Part shown: piece after piece, positions 25,402-37,516 of the stretch
How the letters are laid out: each line of letters starts with the position of its first letter
Position numbering within the stretch: the stretch's first letter is position 1
DNA from: Phoronis australis
Taxonomy: Eukaryota > Animalia > Phoronida
DNA: 64,000 nt
Direction of reading: 5' to 3'
Assembly (NCBI GenBank): GCA_002633005.1
Contig: NMRA01000330.1
Location: 437,705-501,704, forward strand
The notes under the pieces: model-generated
The model's database searches: none
Told to the model about the DNA's origin: nothing
What the model saw: only the letters and a program-made list of their open reading frames with translations
Position numbers and translations under genes: made by a program

Positions 25402-28400
25402 ATGGAGACCCCACTTCGCATATGTGTATGGAGTGTAATGTTACTGGTGGTTACGTCATATTGTCTAGACAAGAAAATTTGCAAAAAAAATGAGGAGAAC
25501 GAAGAACGACAGATCGCTGAACTTGAGGCGCTCATCAGGGAGTTGGAAGGAAAACGTACGGAATGAACAGATGCGTTTTAACATTGTTTTTTTAATATAA
25601 CGTCTGAGTTGTAAAATCAAATTGAAATTGGTAAGGTTTCTAATGACAATATTTCTCGTTGTCAGTTTCTGAATTTTGCTCCATAAAGTAATGCGTAAAT
25701 TTTAAGCGCCATTAAACCTTTGCTTTTGGTTAAGAAACAAGTTTTGATTTAGGTTACTTAGAATTGTGAAATTGGTTTCAACTTGTTCCTTAGTGAAATT
25801 AGAGGTGAGTGCAGGGCCTCCACAATACTGACAGTTCGTTATTGGTTGGAACCAAGTTCACAAAATTACAGGTCAGGGGTCCGTTCCAACAAAACTGACT
25901 TAGCTAAGACAAATCTTAAATTTTAGTAAATTTTAAAATAAAAGTTAAATTTGTCTCAAAACCAATTCAAGAAAGAGATATGAAGTTTGAATTAACTGTG
26001 TGACGTAAGTTTTGTCTGAAATTTCACTAAGTAACAGAATGTGGAAGTTTCAAATTTTGGAATTTAAGACAAATCTTAAACTTAAGACAAAAATGAACTT
26101 AAGTCAGTTTCTTGGAACAGGCCCCAGGGCAACCAATTTTGCCGAGTCTTCGAGACACCACTTCTAAACTAAGCAACGGACAAGATAAGACTGATTTTCT
26201 ATCAGGGAGTCGCCTAAATCAAATCTTGTTATTGACAAGGAATTACTTATATAATGCTGCTTCAAATTGTAGAAGTTCTTATTTCAAAATCCGTTATTTG
26301 GCCACATCACACAAAGAATAAAAATTAACTGTGTGAAGTTGCAAATACATACGGGTTTTGTTGTGAATAAGTAAGTGGTCATACGGAACTCGTATTTTAT
26401 TGCTTCAAATAAGGTGTAGTACCAATATTCACTGAAGAGTAAAGTCAGAGGAAGGTAAAACGTAGCACAGCCGCATTTTTTTCAGTCCTTGTAAGATCTA
26501 AAATCCCCACCACAAAGCATCTGCACTGCCGCTTCTGGAATATGTGCCCCCATGTTTTCAACTCAAAGTCACTACTTGTCACAAATTCGATTACCTGCAG
26601 TATTCAGCCATGCGGGTAAATTATGAGAGGCGCCACCTTCCGAGAGTTTTCGTATAACCATACGACGCGGTAGATGCTTGACGCTTCAGCTGTACATAAC
26701 GCCGCCTCTGATTCTTAGACTGGGATTAGATCGCGGTTCGCATACATTGTAGTATCTTTAACTTACCCTTCCCCTCTCATTTTAGTTAAAAACTTCATAA
26801 AACGGAGTTCAACATAAGTTGACATTTAAGCCTAAATGATGATCATCCAAAACAACTCCTAAGACTTTTGAACATGAACTGAAATTTATATGATTTTTAA
26901 TTTAATATATATTTTTGATGTCGCACCACTAAAAGAACAGCTGGCTCGTTTATTGCGGGTAATCATTCAACTACCGCCATATGTTTCCGCGGAAACCGCT
27001 CCACTGTAAAAAATTAATGGTAAAATAAGGTGATACAAACAGAACTGAGCGTTACGTCATGTTTATATTTCAGTGGTATTTTTTCGAGGGACAAAACCCA
27101 TCCTGTGTTATAAATTAGTGTAGAGAAAAAAGTACCTAGCAGTAAATGTTGTAAATATTACAGTTCAACATCAAAACACAGACTCCATGCATCTAATTGG
27201 CGAGGTGGACGACAACGCTGTTAAGTGGTTGAACGACTACAACGATGAAGGATCTAGGAGACTGAACAAAGTGGCCAACGCAGAGTGGAACTATGAAACT
27301 GACATTAATGAAGAAAACTCTAAAAAGGTATCGTTAACATTAAATTAAATCACTCCATCAATCACTCTTATAAATAAAACACCTCAGCTAAAGCCCTTAG
27401 GTAAAACGCCAATAGAGGGTCTAACTCTAACACTTGTTCGGCACCCAGTCTTACTGACCGACAGTCAAGTTGCTTCAGAGGGTTGCTTTATAGCTAGGGG
27501 TCTCGGATTTTGAGAACCATTTCGATGCCAGATTTTCAGTGAAGAAGACATGTTTTCTCAAAATGCAAGGCCCTGTGAGTTACTATATCCGCTTCCGCAT
27601 TAAAAATAATGAGGAGACGAGATGTTCCAGTTTAAGGAATTCATTCGTTAAAATCAACGATTTTCAGTTCTTGTCAAGTTCACAAATCACTTATAATTAA
27701 CAATTTATAAACTTTATTAATTACTTTAAGTTGGTAACTAAATGAACCAAAGGCGAATAGGCGCATTGGGCTGCAATAACACTATCGGGTATCCATGACA
27801 ACCGTAATGGTGTGTTGTAGTTGGCGAACAATTTTCAAGTATTTTATCCTCTACACCAAATGTGTGCTCCAATTCATCAGCAAAACGATTATTAGCTTTT
27901 CGTTGTGTTGTGCAGGGCTTCTGTTAGAAAGTTCAGCCAGGCGGCACTAGGATGAGTCACATACGTCACGTGACTAGCTGCCATTTTGTAAAAGTGTCTC
28001 CTTGGCAACGTCAAGCTTTAGTGTATGGTGTGCGTCCTTTTCGTCTTATTGCATGATGCCTGGTAAAAGTAAATCGTTAGGGGAGATTTTTAAGTGACTG
28101 ACTTGATGGGCTTACTGCCTTTACTCGGAACTCTGTGCCAAACCGTTTCAGTACGCCCAGGAATCCATCAAGTACTCCGAATGGTCTCTGGAGCAGGCGA
28201 AAGCGGCTGAAGAATTCCTGAAGACTGGTCAAGTGGAAAATGAAGACACCAAACGACAGTTGAAAAAGATTTCTTTTGCCTCCGACCCGACGGACGAGAA
28301 TAAATTAAAGTAATATATTTTTTAAATAATCATTAAATCCGAATTGATTTCCAGTTTTGAATAAAAAATTCTAAAAAGCGGATTAATTTACCTAAACATC

Positions 28401-31400
28401 ATTCAACAAAGAATGGACTCACCCGAGACAGCCCAAGAGTTGTTATCTCTGCGGCGAAGGATGTTAAAGTTGAGTCTCCGATGAGTTGCCAGCAGTCACT
28501 GGTACGGTGCGCGGCTTTAGACGCTCTGCGGCAGGGTTAAATATCTTTTATAGGCCTAAATATCCCCAATTCCCGTACCAGGATGAATTTCAAAAATAAC
28601 TTGACTTGGCTGCGTCAGATGTGATATGCGACGTTGATGTTGAAATTGCGCCATATTTTTTATGTTGATTTCCTTTGTTGGTTTATAATTCATATATTGC
28701 AATGTAGGCATCCAAACAAACTTTTCTTAGAACGCTCAAGTCACTTGTTCTAAAAGGAGTCAATCGATAAAAAGTCACCATCCTAAAGTTTTAAAAAAGA
28801 CACGTCAAATTTGACTTCCAAGTGTAAAATATGGTAACAATTATAGGTGTCATATTTCAAATTAGGCCCTAAGCAGTGGCTGTTTTTAGTAGTCTCCTTC
28901 GGGAATTTTTGAAGAGGCAATTCACTGAATCCGTGGCATTGCACACAATGTTCCGTATTCCAGAGAACTGACTGATATTGGCAACAAACTGAGCCAGATT
29001 TACGGTGAATCCAAGGCTTGTAACAAGACCAAATGCTACTCTGGGGAACCCGACTTGGAGAACGTGATGGCGACCAGCAGAGACTATTACGTATTGTTGT
29101 GGTCGTGGAAAGAATGGCGCGCAGCCACTGGACCAAAAATGAGGCCACTGTATGAGAAATTTGTAGACCTGCTAAACCTAGGGGCTCGGAATCACCGTAA
29201 GCACTTTGCATTGTTGTTTGATGATGTTACTTTCTAATTGTAATCGTTTTCATGCAATTTGCCCCAAAATACTATGGTTGGTTTTGACAGCAAACTTCTA
29301 TTCCATAAATATTGTCAAGCGATTAACTCTGTTTCATCCCACAAGTTATTCATGAAGTTGTTTCGTAAAGAACGATCATTGTGTGCAACGCAACACTTGT
29401 CATTGTTTAGACGTAGGCCTCCTTTGAATTTGTCGTGTCATTATAGGTTTCACCGATGTGAGTGAAGTCTGGTCCATGGAAAACTATGAGCAGACAAACA
29501 AAGACCTTTCCGATATGGCCGACCAACTTTGGGAAGAAGTAAAACCAATGTATGAACAGCTTCACGCTTACGTACGCCGGAAACTCAAAGCAAAATACCC
29601 GATGGCAAATATTCAAGATGGCGGTCCAATTCCGGCTCATCTATTAGGTAACTAAACAGAAACAGAAATCCTTTGTTTCTAAACATGGTGATGTCATAAA
29701 CGTCTAGTCACCGTGGAGGTTGTTCTGTTGGTGAATATGGGAGCTATACTCTTGACATTCCCGAATAACCTGTGTATTCTAAGTTTATAAATGCAGTAGA
29801 GTTACACAAGTTTAGGTCCTCTTCGGCTTAATTATCCAACTAATTTATTCCTGATATAAAACAGGTAATATTTGGGCGCAACAGTGGGATCACATATATG
29901 ACATAGTTATGCCTTATCCCGAGCTTCCCTCGGTGGACGTGACAAAGGATATGGTGAAGCAGAAGTACACGCCACTGAAAATGTTCCAGACTGCAGAGAA
30001 CTTCTTTATCTCTATCGGACTTCCGCCCATGACGACCGAGTTCTGGGAAAGATCTATGATAAAGAAACCAATAAACAGAACAGTACAATGCCACGGCTCG
30101 GCGTCAGACTTCGCTAACGGAAGGGACTTCCGGTATGACTACGGCATACTTGCATTTCTGTTTTGAAGTACTCCTGAAAGTAACATGAAGTGCCTAAACA
30201 GCCCGAGTAACATTAAATTCTTCCAGGTAGCCTAAACCTATAGAGTTGCGTCGCTAATAGTAAGATTTTGTTAAAGGCTATTCCACTGAATACACTTGAA
30301 AAATAGCCGGAAAAATAAACCATAATTCGCTCTTTTGACTACTGATCGTAAGCAGAATTTACCACCAGAGTACTAGTTGGTATGGCCGGAAAACTTAATT
30401 ATTTTGGCGTTTATTGTACCAGCGAGCGTTTTCTTACATTCCAGATATTCCTTTGTAAACAATTTGTTATTCACTATTTATGATTTTAGGATAAAAATGT
30501 GTACTCGAATCACCATGGACGACCTCAAAACTGTACATCACGAGATGGGTCACGTGCAATATTACATGGCGTATAAAGACCAGCCACTAGCCTTTCGCGA
30601 GGGATTGAACGCGGCAGCTCACGAGGCGATTGGTGACACGATAGCTATGTCTGTTATGACACCGGAACACTTGACCAAGCTAAAGCTTCTGAAACAAGAA
30701 AAACTGAATGATACAGAAGAATATAGTATGTACATGTATTTAAACCTTTAAAATGTCCCCAATACATGTTCTTGTATGATCAATAGACAGAAAATGGGAA
30801 ATGGAAAATACATGTGAAGTGAAGTAGCTTTCCGTCCGCCAAAGTACTGGAAGGACCATTATGATAATTAGAAGATATGTTATTAATGAGAAGACCGCGG
30901 TAGACCGAGCATGCCGGGTTAACTTCAAACCCTTTCAAAGCGCATGTACAAATCGTTTTTCCTTTCCTCCAAACAATAGACAGGGAGACAATGTCTATAG
31001 GCACCCACACATTCAATTGTGGTTGCATAAATTGTCCTCATCCTGTTTGGGTGTCCACTCGATATCTCAAAAACCCTGCTCGGATCATGATGCAGTTTGG
31101 CACGGGGGTGTAGGACATTCATCTTTTCAATAAAAAAGCCTATTAAAGACTCGTTTATGTTTTATTGGGCGAATCAGTTAATCACATAGCGCCTTCCGAA
31201 AGCCAGAACACGATTAGTTTGAGTGGACAACAGTGTTCACTGTATTCAAACTTTCAAACGTGGTAATCGTAGCTCAGATCAAAATGGCTTGGATTTTAAA
31301 GTTTATTTCGTTTAAAAATCATCTTTAACAAAGGGCCGCGCACCATAGGGGGACTGGGGGCTATAGCCGCTCCCCAGTCACTTATTTCAGTGCTGCGCCG

Positions 31401-34026
31401 CCCATGTTGCCTTGTGAGTACGAATTATGGTCAAGCTTGATTGAGCGGCAATGCTGCGCTCTTATGAAATAAAACACAGCGTCGTGTTACAGTCACGCGC
31501 CTTTACTACTGGGCGCGTGTCGGGTTTCCAGTGGTCACAGTCCCAAAAAGTAACGACCTATAGTTCTTTGCCAGATCAAAATTCTCATCCAAGTAAGGAA
31601 CAAATTTATATTCTTCCCGGTTTATTGTGAGTCGTGATCAGGTCAATATAATTCACAAACATTTTAATTCTGGTCTGCACGCCCCCTGTTGGGCACATCT
31701 CGCCGGTTCAAGATTTGCATAATTTATATAATAGTTTAATGTGAATAAGTTTAATATTCCAGCGAGCCTGGTCTGTAGTTAAAAATACCGCAATCATTTA
31801 CGAAAGAATTGATGTATTCTTTCGGTCGCAGGGAAATTTGTGGAGTTTCACTAGAGGCATATTTCATTTCCCGACTTGATGTACACTATACTTTGGGTGC
31901 ATGCAAAACCAAAGAATTCGAACGCGCTCATGTTGAAAAACTTCGATCACTTCCCGATCAACACTTATCAGTCTGTTTAAACTTCTTTTACAGAAATGGA
32001 CATCAACTTTTTGATGTCACAAGCGCTTTTCAAAATAGCATTCCTCCCGTTTGGTTTGCTCATAGACAAATGGCGTTGGGGCGTGTTTAAAGGCGAGATT
32101 GACAGCTCCAACTACAACAAAAAATGGTGGGAGCTCAGGTAACGTAGTACAGTAACCATGACACATGTACCTTGGATACTCTTACAAAAAATGCAGGGTC
32201 ACCATTTCAAAGAACATGCCTATGACTTAAGAACGATCCGACCTACCGCCTTTGATAAAATGGCGCCCTGGTTCTTAAAAGCCCTGTCTGCATGGACCGA
32301 TCGTTCTTATGCGACAGTTGTACGACAATCGTATCACAGTCCTATAGGACAGTCATAAGGCAATCGTACATGACAGTCATACTGCATAGACAGCGCTCTT
32401 GTGACTTGCCACTATTCAGGACAACTCAATGCAACCTTTTGTTGATGATTGCCAGGATTGCTTGACAAAGCTGCTTTTAATAGAGGAACGTCTCATTGAA
32501 CGATTTGCTTGGTTGTGTTGCCGTGAAATTCATGGTTAGTCTTATTCTTAGAAATAATTGTCACTTTCATTACAGAAAGAAATATCAAGGCTTAATCCCG
32601 CCCGTCGAACGGTCCGAAAACGATTTCGATCCTGGTTCGAAATACCACATTCCAACCAATACACCTTATATAAGGTACTGTGCTCATTTGGATTCACGGA
32701 ACAGAATACTTGTCATACTGGAATATTTGACCATGCAAACGTCCACCTGGAAATAGTCACCTGTGGAGATATACTTGTTTATTACTAACGGAAGCGAACC
32801 CAGAAACATTACAGTTAAATTCTATCAATTATTAAATGTGACTCCTGTTTTTAAAAACATTTTATTTTTCGCTTAAAAATCATGTCTTTATGGTCCTCAA
32901 GTGTGAGTACGGGTTATGGCCAAGTTTGAATCAGTGGCAATGTCACGCTCGAATTAAAACACAGCGTTGTGTTACAATGGCGTGCCTATTCGACCGGTCG
33001 TAGGTCTTTTGATATGGCAACAGGGTCCAGGTCTGCCTTTAGTGGACTAAGGCATTGGTTCAAACATAGTCACGGTTCGGAATGTTGCTTTACTCGTCCC
33101 ATATGCTCCCTCTTCAACGTGTCCGTCATTGGATTTCAGGTATTTTATCAGTTACCTGGTGCAATTTCAAATGCAGTCTGCGCTATGTGAGGCGGCGAAA
33201 AACAAGCGACCTCTGCACCGCTGTGATATCTTCGAATCCAAAGAAGCAGGCGAACGTCTTGTGTAAGTAGACAGTAGGTGGATACAAAACAGTCGTTTGC
33301 TTGGAATTTGTATTTAAACATATACAACTGTACACGAACTCAGATTGTGTTCAAGTTGGCGTCCCATGTGTTAGCCCATATAATGCCAGTGTTTATATTG
33401 CACCTACGAACGAAAGGTTATTCAAAGAAACGTGCTGATGTGAATTGGAAAACGTCCACCTTGTCAGCTCCGCCTTGATCTAGGCTCTGGTGTTTTTCTA
33501 CTCTTTCGTCCTCAATAAAATCGGGACGCATACCAACGAGAAAGGGTTTGCTTCACTAATGTGGAGAACAACTATTTTAATTTAGAAATTTTGATTCTGA
33601 CGTGATAAATTATAGGCTCTGGAGTAATGAATTCTGATTTTGAGTTGGTTTTTTTTGGTCTTACAAAATGTTTGATTCTTGACTAGAAAAAATGTGTGCT
33701 AGATTGTTTACGTTTTGGCTCTCCATATACACGAGGCCTGTACCCACCTCGTCCCCGTTGAGTACTATGCACGTTAACCACTAGACGTCTCTCACTGCTG
33801 TATAACCAAATTGATTACACGACTCCATTTCAATTACAGAAACATGCTCAGGATGGGTTCTAGTCGACCATGGCCAGATGCGCTGAAGGTTCTCACAGGA
33901 CAACGTAAGATCGACACATCTAAAATAAAGGAGTACTTCCAGCCTCTATTGGATTGGCTTAAAACAGAAAATGGTGACGACACTGGATGGAGCCTACCAA
34001 GGAAAACCACGAACAATGTTAACTAA
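25402..34026 (+). CDS. ACE: Angiotensin-converting enzyme-like peptidyl-dipeptidase (peptidase M2), single catalytic domain, signal peptide, no TM anchor; 11 exons, 655 aa
   Basis: Exons 25402-25555, 27164-27327, 28152-28309, 28964-29196, 29447-29647, 29865-30132, 30490-30725, 31994-32138, 32576-32674, 33140-33262, 33840-34026 (1968 nt, phases consistent). Motifs: [40 protein letters not shown] (HEXXH), [32 protein letters not shown]. Confidence 0.95.
25877..26124. mobile_element. PIF/Harbinger-type MITE in ACE intron 1
   Basis: TIRs gggtccgttccaacaaaactgactta and taagtcagtttcttggaacaggccc, flanked on both sides by CAG (3-bp CWG TSD). Confidence 0.7.
31414..31510 (+). repeat. ~100-bp dispersed repeat in two ACE introns (second copy ~32903-32995)
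   Basis: gtgagtacg..ttatgg.caag.ttga...ag.ggcaatg...cgctc...taaaacacagcgt.gtgttaca is shared by both copies. Confidence 0.65.
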
Positions 34027-34686
34027 TACAGTTGCATATAGTTGTGGTGGCTGCAACCAGTACCTTGACACCTAACCCACCGAGCTGACCACTAATTTAG
34101 AAATGCTGAAATACAAACCACAAACAATCCAAAAATGGTCATATACTGGAACTTGTAAACAAAACTGAAAATGTTTAACTCCAGCAAAGTTTATGTTTGT
34201 CACTTGACTTTCATCATGTCCTGAAAAATATACACAGCGTAGTCACACATTTTACCCCTGAACCAAGAATCATAGAAAAAATCGATAATATCCTGAGACA
34301 TGTCTATAAGCAAATGACAACCACTTGCGCTGATTACGCCATCACGTGAACCTTAGGCCCATGTGCAAATACTTTAATGTGCAAAAATAATTATATGAGA
34401 AAACTTTTTATTTCAAACGAAGCCTAGCACATACTCAGCGTGCATGAATGCACGCTTCAGCTTTAGATAGACGAGAGTCGAAGACGTGATATTCACAAAA
34501 TTATCTGAACTTTGTTAGTGTTATTGCGTCGTATTTTTCTTAAAATGCAACTCTTACTACCATGGCATCCATTTTGTGGCAAACATTATAACAATGGTGA
34601 GCAGATCGAGACTCATTGGTGAAAACACTACTACACGTTGTGTACTCAGTGAGCGAGAGTGTCGTCGGCCGTTGTACATGAGAATC

Positions 34687-37516
34687 TCAATCGTCTTGAG
34701 AAACCGAGATTTGCTGAGTTGACTCCGCTTCAACGTCCATCTGTTCGAGTATCTCCCAATATTTCTCCTCTCGAACCTGGTGCTTTTGAATAACTTCTTT
34801 CAAATGCTTTTCATTTTCATCTTCATCTGCAAATCCTTAAAATATTGAGAAATATTTAAGTCAAAAGTCAATGAACCGGGGCCGGAAACTACTAGAATGC
34901 CGCGAGGGCGAGCCGGCAGCGGACAATCTTATCAAGCTATGGCGTGTATTGGCCAAGTTCATATATTCTTTTGAAAATGCAAGTACGTACACTCATTTTT
35001 GCGCAATCGTAAGACATGCGGGCAATTTTGCACGCGCATAAAATCCAAACAAAGTGCTTAAGTATCCGGGCGTTGTTTTCTGTACAGGTACACCACTCAG
35101 TGTATCTAATTACCGATGTATCGTTTATTTTTGCATATAAAAGTATAAAAATTACACCTGCGTCCGAAATTTTGGGAGTAATGAACCTTCGGACTATTGA
35201 ACTTTCGAAATACTGAACCTTCAGAATAGTCAGATGAACTTCTTAAATCTTGTTTCAGTGGTTAGTTAATGAACTCAATATTTCTTCACGCTTTGGCTGT
35301 TTTAATTTTTCTAGCAACCAAGGGGGGGGGGTGGCTGCCCCCCTAAATCCGCCTATGTGTAAGGAAGTGTAATCACAAAGGTTAAGAAAGTCTGATTTGA
35401 ATGTTTGGTGGGCGGTAACGCGAGAACGTTCTCTATCTTTGCCACATTTGCATCCGAATTTGAGCCCTGTTCTCAGCGAGCAATCGTCACGGCATCCTTA
35501 TTTTCTGGTAATACGAATTCCGTACGTGTCATCTCAAGAACATTGAGTTGAGAGCAATTATTGCCAATACAGATTTCCCTTCCCCCTAATTAAGCTGCGT
35601 CAAGGGCAATACCTAAAACCCTACCGTGTCGACGTACATGTATGCAAAATATCAAAGGTTCACTGTTCTAGAAATTCAAACCACCCCGCCCTCGCACAAT
35701 GCTGGCTACAGGCCGGGCATGTTTTAACATGCTCAGTTTTAGCTTACGTGTATGCCTATCGCCCTCCATGAAATGACCGGCAGAGGACTAGAAGAAACGG
35801 CCAGTTGTCCAAAAACTGCCCGAATACAGTATAAACGGTTCTGACTCAGATTGGGCTCTTACACTTAGAGCGCGGATCACTCCGAGCGATTTCTGTCCCG
35901 TTTTTGCAGTCTTATGGCATAGAAGTACGTGTACCTTTAACGCACTGACAAAAACTACATGGCAAATCATGAGGTGACAAGGGACAAGCTCACAATCCTC
36001 CACATGGCTTGTAGCCAGGGGCAATATGAACACGGTAGGTGAGCACTTGCTCTTGCTCAGTCAACATTTCGTTCGTCAGTCCACCGGTTCCTTATCTCCA
36101 TCGGCACGACCGACTCTACAGCTATCGATGAAATATTGTTCCACCTCCGAAGAAAACTTCACTGCTGTTGCACATGCAAACTTGAACGTTTGAACCGATA
36201 GGAGGACATTTCACGTTGTCGGAAATCATCACCCCACAAGCCATGAGGCCCGTCACAATCCCCGTGGCTGCGGGCCAGCATTGTTCTAACTTGCTGTGGA
36301 ATATCCTTCAATGTTATTCTCGCAAGCAGTTTATCCCGCTGATTCCGGATTGAAAGGGATAAACTGTTCGCAACATATTTCACGCCTCACTGAAAAAGAT
36401 ATATTTATACACGCAATATGTTGTCCTCGTAATAGCACTTAAGGACACACCCGAATCACTAGCGTTCAAGCCATGATTTTCCCACATACTTTGGCGAAAT
36501 TGAGGAGATGCTGGCTTGCAACTTTAGAAGTAGATTACGGTCATCTTCATGCGCGCACCCCGCCTAAAAATGGGGGGAGCTGGGGCTCGATTTTTTTAGC
36601 ACGTAGATCTCGCTAAAAATAAAAAAAGAAATCAGTGAAATAAAAACAGGGTACGTGCAGAGCTATTAATTGTGCATTCATCGAATTTTGGTAGTTCCTG
36701 CCTTTTTAGGGGACTTTTGTCTCGTTTTCAGAGTCTACCTTTTTACTAACTTTCTGTTTCTCTGAGGAGGACCTTTTTGCCCACTTCGCCAAATAGGGGG
36801 CTGCTTCGAGCCCCCTCCCCCTCGGTGTGCACATGATCTTGTAGTCAAGAAAAAGTTCTATAGGAATGACAGCTTCCGTACCTGGGTCAACTCATTGGGT
36901 AAAGTTTCGATGACTGCTGAGGTCTAGACTTTTAAGAGACGTTCGCATTTTGATTTCTCTGTATTCGCTCAACATACGACGTTTAAACCGGATTGGGAAA
37001 GCTCCAGAGTATTCTTAAACACCATGAAGCTCTGCATGTACTGAAGGACGGGTAGTGACGTTTTCATCATCATGAGGCCAAATTTCCAAACCCTCACTGA
37101 TGTGAAAACTGTGTTTTAAGAGTTTCTCAAGCAAAATTACAGAAATATGAACGCAATTTATTCACGCTATAACTGATTGAACATTATTAAATAATACCGT
37201 TACAGGAGAGATTCTGTCTGTTAGCACTAAATCATGATGCGCGAGGTCGGTGCAAGCCGGAGCGTGAACATCCACAGACAGCCCTCATCTACTTACGTGT
37301 GAACATCCATAGACAGTCCTAAGCTACTTACGTGTGAACATCCATAGACAGCCCTAAGCTACTTACGTCGTAACATCATCCTGAATATAATTAGAGAAGG
37401 AACGTAAACTCCGGCTAATATGAAGGCCAGGACTTGCACTTGAATATTGTATTGTTTCTTAGCAGTAAATGCTGACTCCGTTGCAGTCGCTTCTCTCCGT
37501 TGTCGCACATTTATTT
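34687..37516 (-). pseudogene. Uncharacterised, probably decayed spliced gene for a single-pass membrane protein, tail-to-tail with ACE
   Basis: Clean exon 37367-37516 (ttttcttttgcag acceptor, gtaagt donor) encodes INVRQRREATATESAFTAKKQYNIQVQVLAFILAGVYVPSLIIFRMMLR, which includes a TM-like stretch. Clean terminal exon 34687-34826 encodes EDENEKHLKEVIQKHQVREEKYWEILEQMDVEAESTQQISVSQDD*. Intervening exon-like segments (~36882-37015, ~35935-36389) need frameshifts or TGA read-through. Confidence 0.45.
37262..37368. repeat. 35-bp tandem repeat x3 containing a minus-strand splice donor
   Basis: Unit gtgaacatccatagacagccctaagctacttacgt at 37264, 37299 and 37334. Confidence 0.88.

Noticed and set aside
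35955-36060. Ankyrin-like peptide DKLTILHMACSQG/NMNTVGEHLL on the + strand
   Set aside because: It is a single motif that needs a frameshift and overlaps a better-supported minus-strand exon relic, so it is likely chance.
36040-36389. Several in-frame TGA codons as possible selenocysteine
   Set aside because: No recognisable selenoprotein context or SECIS. Accompanying frameshifts point to decay such as CGA>TGA.
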